Assembly (NCBI RefSeq): GCF_009914755.1
Contig: NC_060942.1
Origin: the human T2T-CHM13v2.0 reference genome, Homo sapiens
Length of the DNA stretch: 64,000 nucleotides
Reading direction: 5' to 3' (one strand)
In this document: piece after piece, positions 54,241 through 64,000 of the stretch
Layout: every line of letters starts with the position of its first letter
How positions within the stretch are numbered: the first letter of the stretch is position 1
The notes under the pieces: model-generated
Databases searched by the model: none
What the model was told of the DNA's origin: nothing
Seen by the model: only the letters and a program-made list of their open reading frames with translations
Translations under genes and position numbers: made by a program

Positions 54241-55892
54241 AGAGTCAATGGTCAGTTTAATAACACTCTTAAATTTAGATAATGTATTTACGAGTACTTC
54301 AAAAGTTGTAAAATGCTACAAAGGTTATTAGTTTGAGATAAACTCTACAAGAAAGCTAAAAAAGAAATCCTGTCTACCTCAGCCATTAAAAAAAGTCACA
54401 TGAGCCCCATTCACTGACTGACACATTTGCAGCTTGGTTCTTTCCCACCTACAGGTTCAAGAGCCCTTGCCACCCCTCCTGAGCCACAGCAGGGGCTTAG
54501 AAAGGGGGTCCACCAATGGCAAGGCATTTCCTCATGGCCACGGGGCTGGGATGCCATGGGACTAGGGCTGGAGTCTTTCGATTCCCTGGCCAGGTTCTTT
54601 GCACTGGCCTGATGCTCCTCCTTTTAGGCCATTGAAATCATCTTTAGCCCTTCTCTACAGATACAATTGCCGAGACCGAGGCAGCCCTTCTGGTTTGAGA
54701 AGTCTGGGAAGTGCTGCCAAAACATCTAAATAAATGTCTTTAGAAACATTTGCCTAAGTGAAGTTTCAGCAGGCTTCAAAGGATGGTGTTCCGGCTGAGT
54801 TCCAGTGTGGTTCACAGATTGTCTTAGAGGAAAGTAAGTCAGCTGAGAAAAATGGACTTCACCCTTAAAGAGCTGACTATGTTTGGGAATGCAGCTGAAA
54901 TTCCTTCTGAGCCAGGCTGCAGATGCCTAGGAGATGGAGCTGGGGCTTCCACATCCTTTCCATGCTTCCACTCTGATCACTTGGACACTGGTCTCTTGTT
55001 CTGGTTTTACGTTGGGAAGTCCCTGGAAATGGGGTCTGTCACCTGATCAGAACTGCACTCTGTCCCTGCTGGCTGTAGTAGCTGCCCGAGAGGAGGATGA
55101 GGGTGCCAGGCAGAGGCTGCGAGTCCCTGTTCTGGGTTTGGTTCCTTGGTCCTGGTCTGAGCTCTGTGAGGTCTGGATTCTGTGCAGGATGGCAACTTGC
55201 TCTTGAGCACGTGAAGGTGTAGATCCTATTGTGCCAGATGCAGTATACTGTCTCACCCTCAGAAGGAGACCCCAAATTATTTGTTGTTAAAGAAAGAAGC
55301 TAAAAGGGTCAAGGTACTGACAGTGTTTCTTAGATTTGATTTGTTTACTTCAGAAATGGATTCCTTTGCCCTGTTCTCAGGAAGAAGAATACAAGGCAGT
55401 AGCTCTAAGTACCATGTGCTAACAGATGACGCCATGGTATCACCTCAAAGGAGTGGGAAGAATGTGAGAGTAAATAGAGAGTTAAAAAACTGTGGCAGTG
55501 AGTAGACTGTCATTTTCAGGAGCATGTCAAGGAAGGCTCTGGGAGGTGTTATGTGACCCTGGAATCACACTGTGCATGTTCGTGGCCTGTGCACATGCCG
55601 GGCAGGGCTCCATGGTGCCAGCCATCGCAGTGGGGCCCAGGTCTCCGGGAGGTTGGAGGTGAGATGGTGGTGGTTTGAGATAGCGACCTGATGCAAGACT
55701 GCTCCATGGAACAGCTTTTGTGGCCTTTGCATTGCAGTGTGTGCTTCACATCTTTTGGGGAATGGGGTGGGATGCTGTCGTCCCCAAATGTAACAAGTTG
55801 ATGGCAGACTTTGATGAGCGAATGAAGAAGAGGTGGGTTCTTCATTAGGGATGGGCTGTGGCTCTTCCTGTCACTGCCCACCAGAGCACTTC

Positions 55893-56611
55893 TGTTCCCG
55901 GAACAAAGCTGGGTCTGGCTGCGTTTTTTCGAGGCCCAATAACGAGAAGCAGACAAAATAGGGAAGAAGGGAATTTATTGCTGTAACCGGATACAGGGAG
56001 AAGGCTGGAGATAATTCCACCAGACCAATTCAAAGTGTTACAATTTTCTTAGTCCTTTGTGTAGGTTGGGGTTATGTGCTCATGCTCAGTATAGCATTTG
56101 CCTAAGTCTACTGGTAACTAATTTTGTTTCAACTAGAAGGTCAGAGGCAAAAAATGCTTGCTAAGTCTGATTAAAAGGGCTCCAGTACCCTCAAGGCCTG
56201 TCTACTGTGGAACTGGAGTGATTGTTTCTATCTTATCTCCTTTACAGCTTGGTCTGGAGAGCTGTCTCAGACTTTCCAATGAATCTATTCAAACAGCTGC
56301 CTCTGTTACCTTGACTTGTCTCAGATTCTGTCAACCCGAGACGGGTCCTGTCTAGGAATGTAAGACTGTCTCTATATTTTGACTTGCTCCAGGTTAGGGA
56401 GAAGCCTATACAAGGCTCCTACTGACCATATGTTTCATTTCTAGCTTTGATGTTTGGGCACCGATTTCCCTAGGTTTGACTGTTTGCTCAATGTCAAGGC
56501 AGTGCTGTGGAAATCTGTCTGTGTAACTGGAGTGCTATGCTGCCCTGTCTGTGTGACTGTCATGCAGGTCTGTCTGTGTGTGTGATTGTCAGGGAGACTT
56601 GGTCTGCCACA
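55893..56611 (-). mobile_element. Full-length ERV1 solo LTR (MER72-like)
   Basis: TG...CA termini, 4-bp TSD cttc. The minus-strand start tgtggcagaccaagtctccctgacaatcacac matches recalled MER72. Confidence 0.85.
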
Positions 56612-56949
56612 CTTCCACGGGGAGTGCCCTGTCTGATTATTAACAGGGTGGGTGACCTGTGCAGGCGGCTGTTTCCACACTGTTCTGGGATAGCGTTGGC
56701 CAGCCCTTCCAGCCCTGCTGTGTTCTGTTCTTGGGCAGGCTTCCTCCTGGGTAGGTGACTTGTGTGGCCTGGGATGTCACCTAGGAATGGATGGATGGAA
56801 GGGGCGAGGGAATTTTGGTCTGAGGATTCTGTCTGAAAGCAGAGTTGGTGCTGTCCTGAATCACAGTGCTCTCATAATGTGGACATCTGAGGCTGGAGGA
56901 GTTCTCAGGGTGCTGTGCTGCGGCTGAGTTATGTTCAGGCCCCACTGGC

Positions 56950-57440
56950 TACTGTTATTGAGCACCTGCTATGAGAAAGGTGCTTAACAGAGGTGATTCC
57001 ATTTATCGTCCTGACACATACATTATCCTTACTTTACAGGAGGAGAAAACTAGATTCAAATAGGGTTGGGAGCTTGCCCAGGGACACAGAGCTAAACAGC
57101 AGAGCTCAGATTAACGTCCCCATCTGTCTAATTGTTAAATGGAAAAGTTCTGTTTTATTATGATGGGCAATGTACTTTTAAAAATAGTTTCTTTTTATAA
57201 AAGCAGAAAGGGAAATTTCTACTAACCACTTAATGCTTATACTTCCTACCAGGCACTGGGCAAAGCACTCGACAAGTGTATCTCCTTTAATCCAAACAGT
57301 AACCTATGAATCAGAATTACTGTTCCCACTTAATAGAGGAGAAAACTGAGGCACGCAGTGGTCTAATCACTTGGCCAAGGTCCCATGAGGAGCATATGAC
57401 TGAGTTGAGATTTGCACCCATATCTGTTTGCCTGACTGCA
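56950..57440 (-). mobile_element. Two MIR copies
   Basis: ttattgagcacctgctatg...actttacaggaggagaaaac; gaggagaaaactgaggcac...cttggccaaggtc. Confidence 0.75.
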
Positions 57441-57695
57441 GGGTGTTGTGTTCAACCTCTGTGCTCTGGTACCTCCAATAACACTAGCTGCTCTGGAGCA
57501 CTTACTGTGCTCCAGGTATCTGAACCCTTGATGCTATAGCACAGGTCTGGGCTGATGAGAGAACTCAGGCTCTAGAATCAGACCTGCCCCTGAGAAGCAG
57601 TGTGACCTTGGAAAAGTGACCTCACTGCTCTGACTTCAGTGTCCTCATTTATCAAAAGGGGATGATAATATCGCCTTTAAAAATTGTGAGGATTA

Positions 57696-58160
57696 GGCCG
57701 AGTGTGGTGGCTCACACCTGTAACCCCAGCACTTTGGGAGGTCAGGAGATCAAGACCATCCTGGCTAACATGGTGAAAACCCATCTCTACTAAAAATAGA
57801 AAAAATTAGCCGGGCGTGGTGGTGGGCGCCTGTAGTCCTAGCTACTTGGGAGGCTGAGGCAGGAGAATGGTGTGAACCCAGGAGGCGGAGATTCCAGTGA
57901 GCTGAGATCGCACTACTAAACTCCAGCCTGGGCGACAGAGTGAGACTCTGTCTCAAAAAAACAAAAAAACAAACACAAAAAACACCTCACACAAAATTAG
58001 TGGAGCATGGTGGTAGATGCCTATAATCCCAGCTACTTGGGAGGCCAAAGAAAGAGAATCACTTGAACCAGGAGGCAGAGGTTGCAGTGAGTTGATATCA
58101 TGCCATTGCACTCCAGCCTAGGCAACAAGAGCAAAACTGCATCTCAAAAAAAAAAAAAAA
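57696..58160 (+). mobile_element. AluY/Sc-like element (left-arm deletion) followed by an AluS right arm, inserted into a MIR
   Basis: gaccatcctggctaac, gagaatggtgtgaaccc; ggatta on both flanks; MIR body at 57555-57695. Confidence 0.9.
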
Positions 58161-58472
58161 GGATTAAAGAAATATTTCATTGGTGTTAGATCCAATTTTT
58201 AAAAATAAAGTCATATATTGAGTATTGATTTGTGTGCTCAAACAATGGGCAGAATAAGCCAATATGTGTTTTAGAATCAGACAAACTGGGTTCAAATCCT
58301 AGACCTGCCTCTGTGTGTCCACGAGAAAGTTACTCACCCCTTGGAGACCTGTTTGTTATTTATAACAGTGAGAACGGGGGACCTAGTGCCTCCCTCCTGG
58401 TGATGATGCAAATGGTCAAGGAGATAGTGAGTGTGCAGGTCCAGGCTAAGCCCTTGGCAAGTGGTGGAAGAT

Positions 58473-58501
58473 ACCACCACCACCACCACCACCACCACCA
58501 C
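58473..58501. repeat. (ACC)n trinucleotide repeat, about 9.5 units, at the 3' end of a MIR
   Basis: Direct reading. Confidence 0.95.
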
Positions 58502-58906
58502 AAAGTTTTGTGTTTTGTTGCCTTACAAACCATTAGAACACCATCAAAATTTGATTGTCCAGTTCCTCTAAAGGAATGTGACTTTAGAGTGTCTGATCTA
58601 TTTGTAGAGTCAGAGCTGATCTGGACTGAAATGTATATCTTGCCTCCAATTCTTGAAGGAGCCCATCTTCCATAACCAGAACTGGATCACAGAATTGTAT
58701 TAACTATTAAACTGGGGAAATACATTGTGGAACTCTTAAATATGAAAACCAAGTAACGCCCAATTAATGTGTTTAAAATGTGTTTTAGCTACTATCCTTT
58801 TTTAAGCAGCCGACAGATTTGAAACTAGGTCAATAAATTTCTATTAAAATTTTACTTGTTCTTACAAAATGGAGTTGGCCAACCTAAGACCTGAGGGTGA
58901 TCCTGA

Positions 58907-59275
<369 letters not shown>

Positions 59276-62200
59276 TCCAGTTATCGTGTTTTTGATACAT
59301 TTTAGAATGTTGCAGTTTTGGCAAGCACTGAACAGTCAGCATGTTTACTGAAAAGCTCTCATCTTCATGGAAATGAAGTAGGTTTTGTGACCATGAAGGC
59401 AACTTCCCACCATCTTGGTGTGTTCCTGGATTGTGTTCTCCTGATGGAAGGGGCTGTTGGCATGGAGGAGGAAGCTCCTGAGTGCACATGACCAGGCAGT
59501 CAAACGCATGAAAAGGAATTAAAACACCACAACATGACACCAAGTGCTTAGTTATATCTATAATAACTTTAAAGTTGAAACGTTATGCTCTAAGCATTAT
59601 AAAAAGTAGTCCAAATATTCTGTATGAGTTGATATTCACAAAATGTCCAAATTAATAAGCTATTCAAATTGCACCAAAAATACAATCTGTATGTTTGTCT
59701 TTCCAACAAGAAACATGCTAGTGATGGCAAACTTTCACTATACATATGGCAATACATTTCTCAGATGACCCAGTATCTGGACAGCTTTTTATGACTTGTT
59801 TGGCCTGGGGTACCTTAGAAGCTGTCCGTCCTCTGCCTCATCTCCCTGCATTGATGGGTGGCTCAGGGCATCCTGGGTACATGGGCATGGGTGCTGGGGT
59901 TGGCAAGGGTGATGTGGGTGGCCAGGGGTGGGCTGACCGGGCACTCCTCTTTACCAGGTAGCGGCTCAGGGGCCTCAGAGGCTGCTGGGAAGAAATAAAG
60001 TGCCACGTATCACTTAGCAGAAAGCCGTAAAAACAACGAGCAATTTCCGTGCCCGTTAGAGACACTGAAAGGAGCCCCATGGAGCTGTCTTGGCTTGGAA
60101 TTGCCCAGGCCAGTGTGAGTCACCTGTGTGTGCTGTGGCTTGTCTTGGAAGACAGTGGAATCTTGAAGAGTGGGATCAGTGAGGGTGTGTGCATTGAGAT
60201 GGTGCACAAATTGCCTGGAACAGCCCATGCCAGGCTCCTGGAGGGCAGCACTGCTGTGGTGGAGATACTCAGAGGGCAGCTGGGCTGCAAGTTCTAGGTG
60301 TGGCCCTGCCTCCCCTCGGCTGTCCCCAGGGTTTGAGGTTCAGTCCTTTCTGGGGTCTTACTTGAGGCCTGGCCTTCATCAGGACTCATAGGGCCTCCAG
60401 GCTGTGGGGTCTAGCTTGGGGGGATTGGAGAAGGTGGGGTTCTGAGTGCAGCACCCCATTCATGGGCCAGGCAAGAGACGACTGACCTGGGCCTTGTGGG
60501 TAGAACTTCTGATGTCACCTCCAAATGATGTTGTGTACCTAGAATCTAAGATTAAATATTCAAAATATAGAAGTTCTTAAGGCAGCCTTCCTTTGGAATA
60601 TCTATTTTTCTTTCTTAAACAAATGGCTTAGGAGCCAAAAATACCCTCCCCACCCCAAAAAAGGCAAGTGCCCTGGACTGTGTCCTGGGTGAGGTTTTGC
60701 TCAGTCAGGGGCCCAGACTGTGGGCAGAAGGTGTTGGTTCCCCCTCAGGGGTGTCCTGCTTGAGGGGAGATGGTGGGTTAGGGAGAAGCAGCATTCTAAT
60801 TCTGGAGCTAGCATCATCAGGTTGCTAGATTTGGGACATGACACTTTTGTCAAAAATGGGGGACTCTCACACTTCCCTTGTGAGCTGCGGAAAGGACTGA
60901 TGAGCCATGAGGGTGTCTTAGGTCAAGAACCTGGCATCTGGTAGCCCTGCAGGTTTTCATTAATGTGAGCTTTGTTGTTATTACTGTCAAAATCCAGCAA
61001 TTTCTTGTGGGTAAGCTTGAAAGCATCACTATCATTTATGTTACTGTAATGTGAGACGTTCCCAGATTTCCTCCTGACTCAAAATAACACATCAATCTTT
61101 ATTCAGTGTCTGTGGGTGTAACTATTATGTTAAGTGCTGTAAAGGAAATAGACACATAAGTGAATGCAGTACATATATGAAGCAGTTCCATCCACTTTCG
61201 TGATTCTAACTAGCAGCTGCATACTTGAAGTTTCCCACTTTCCCTGAGTTCTAGACCTGTTGTTGAAATGTGTGCTAGATACCTGAACTTCATCCCACAT
61301 CCATCTCCCTGCTGCTCCTCCACCCCGCATTGGCAGGGCTTGGCCCACCCCTCTGGATGTCCCCTGGGCTTCTAGTGCTACCGTGTGCTGTCATTGCCCC
61401 TTGCTTTGCCAGTGGTGTGATGTGTCTACTCCTGCTTGCCAGTGAGACTGTGTGACCATTACAGGAAGGGGTAGAGGCTGTTCCTCTCTTGTGGAGAGGT
61501 TGGAGGGTAAAGGGGCCTTAAGGAAGGAATTTGGGGTTTCTAGGAGCTAATCATGGAACTGTCCTGAGCCTTAGTTTCCCTAACTGAACTTTGGGGACAT
61601 AGTTTATTTAAAAATTGGAGAACTCTCTATATAAACTTAAGAAGCACTTTTGTGTGTCTTTGAAAGTGTGTTACTTTAATCTTTGCCTTTTTGCCTTTTT
61701 GGTGTGGTTTTTCTCCAAGGTATTTGCTCATAAATTACTAATTATACTCCTCATTCCTCTGCTTCTGATTCTATAGCATATCATATCTTTCTGACATTGT
61801 CCTGATTCTTAAATTGAACCAGACACAGGGCCCAAGCTAAACAGGAAAAGCGAAACACCGGGAGCCCCCACTGGTCTCCCCAGGTCTGCTCTTTTTCAGA
61901 CATAGACAGAAAATGGGTAAAATGTGTTCCTGGGACTGTAACCCAGTCCCATGAGAAGGCCTAGGAGTCAGAGGGCCAGCCCAGTCCCACTGTGACTGTC
62001 TGGGCCATAGCTAGCGCCAGTTGTGTTCATGTCCATCTTGCCTTCTTTGCAGCCAAGCAGTTTTGTGTAGCAGGACTTACCTGCATGCCCCAGGGGTCTT
62101 TTAGGATTCAGGATTACTTTTCTTTTATAATGGTTTCCTCTCGGCAGAGCCTGGGTTGTGGAGGATCTGTGTGGCATTCCCAATGCAGATCCATCCCCAG

Positions 62201-62751
62201 GGTCTCCTGGGCAGGGATGGCCGAGTCCCTTCCCCTCCCAAGAGAACCCTGCTCTGTCCTGAGGGCAGAGCCCAGGCACACGTTGCCTCTTCCACAGAAG
62301 GAGTTTATACCAAAACCACAAGCAAAAAACAAAACAGACCACCACCACCAACAATGAAGATGGGAGAATAAGGGTTTTCTAAAGTTTCTGTTAAGTTCAT
62401 ATTTTTGTATCATTTTGCCTATAAATGTGGTATTTGCCATGGGAATTTGAAGACAAATGATCTATGTATTTATGGTTTTCTAGGGAAGGTGCCCTGGGGG
62501 CTGGGCTCTCTCCAGCTTTGGGAAGCCAGCTCCCTCTGGGGGGCACCGTGAGCAGGATGGGGGGGCCCTGATAGGCGCTTCTTGCCAAATGCAGATGAGC
62601 GGTCAGCCTGCCAGTGTTTGCAACGTTCCTGCACGACGGGTTCGTGTTTTCTGAGGATCGTGATGATATAGGACATCTGAATCTTTGTACAAATGTGTAG
62701 ATGACATCTTGCTGCAGCTTTTATTTGCGAATAAAGATGCATTGATGCTTC

Positions 62752-62790
62752 AAAAAAAAAGAAGAAGAAGAAGAGGAAGAAGAAGAGGAA
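62752..62790. repeat. A9 followed by a (GAA/GAG)n purine tract
   Basis: Direct reading. Confidence 0.9.
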
Positions 62791-64000
62791 GTCAGAGTAG
62801 GGCAGGCAGCCTGCAAGTACATTTCCTTTTTTCCTTTCTTCTCCCTTAGGTCAACACTCCCAGACCCCAACACTGAAGAACTCACCTTCATATTCCTCCC
62901 ACCCCGCCATTGTGGTGCCTTTTATCCTGGGATTCCCATTGCTGGGCCTTTGTCAGTTGACTTGTGGAGAATGCACAGGGTTCTTCTGCAAACAGTGTCA
63001 CCTGTGATTTTCAGTATTAATGGTCATAAATAATCATAGTCCTAGAATCCATTCTTTTCCACAATCACGCAGCTGTGACTGGGCTTTTGGGCTGGACTCA
63101 GTGCCAGTCCCGCATACTCCTCACTTCCATTTCTCAGTGGACGTACATAATTATTGTCCTTTCCTGGAGCATTGTTGTTATTGTTGTTGTTTTTTAAATA
63201 TGTGCTCTCTCTATGTATAGACCCTAAAATGACGTAATATGGATTTTCATTTTCCTTTGAGGTGGGTGCATCTCAAGGGAGCCCAACACCCTGCTCTTCC
63301 TATTCCAGAGAGAGCAGGGAATTCCCCTCAGATCCCCAGGAGGACATGTGTCTTCTATGCACTCCCCTAGACTCCTTTCTGAGGACAGACGGGTGAATCT
63401 GGGAGAAGGCAATGAGTAGGGCAGGCTCAGCCCTTCCTTTTTCAATGAGTGTCCTATTCTGAGGACCCTCAAGGTCACCTGCCCCTGTGGTAGGCCAGTG
63501 GCCATTCTTAGAACTGCCTGGAGCCCTTCAGGCTGCAGATGCAAGGCCGGTTCTGTCATGAGCTGTCTCAGTGGTAAGGCTTTATCCATCTGCTGTGCCT
63601 GTTTTCCCATCTGCTTCTAATCCAGGAGGCAAAAATCAGTGTTATCTGTGGACCCAGGAAGCCCCACAGAGAGATCCTCCCTAGACTGGGCTCCGGCATT
63701 GAGGCTTTGGGTATTTTAGCCCCAGTCCTGCTCTGTAGGTATGGAGCTGAATTGTCAAGCAGCCTAGACAGATGAGCTGGGTCCAGAGGTGATAGGGGGA
63801 CGTGTCCACTGGGCAGGTGACAGGCAGCTGCTCCTGCTTTTCTTCCCTATGCAGTGAGTGATTCTGGCTTGGAGGAGCATGGCTGTGCTGAGCTAAATTA
63901 AAACTGGAGGTGCCCTGAGCTTTGTTCTTTTTAAGGCCATAGTATTCCAGGTTAAAGATAGGAGTGAGTCTAAAATAAAATGTGACTCTGTTTGGGGTGT

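Noticed and set aside
53921-54331. 136-aa Pro/Ser/Phe/Leu-rich ORF and the antisense Lys/Arg/Glu ORF
   Set aside because: Translations of the CT low-complexity tract.
58232-58675. 147-aa ORF with a poly-His run resembling a His tag
   Set aside because: The His run is an (ACC)n microsatellite at a MIR tail; no vector context.
62660-62750. Possible C/D box snoRNA (GTGATGA at 62660, CTGA at 62677)
   Set aside because: No terminal D box at a suitable distance and no closing stem.

Overview
Primate (most likely human) repeat-rich genomic DNA lying entirely inside one + strand gene, FHOD3 (formin homology 2 domain containing 3). Only two coding exons are present, 29129-29235 and 46270-46334. They splice in frame to LDDCTLQLSHNGAYLDLEATLAEQRDELEGFQDDAGRGKKHSIILRTQLSVRVHACI, which I recognise as the FHOD3 N-terminal GTPase-binding/FH3 region (exons 2 and 3, from recall). 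The rest is intron (upstream intron 1-29128, a 17,034-bp intron, and the start of the next intron). It is packed with Alu, L1, L2, MIR, MaLR/ERV solo LTRs, DNA-transposon fossils and simple repeats. None of the supplied six-frame ORFs looks like a real gene. I found no convincing new multi-gene system. The best leads are RNA-processing signals (a recursive-splice-site motif, intronic poly(A) signals, inverted repeats around exon 2), a very young AluYc-type insertion and two template-switch footprints. Repeat subfamily names come from recalled consensus sequences, not a RepeatMasker run, and boundaries without a target-site duplication (TSD) are approximate.
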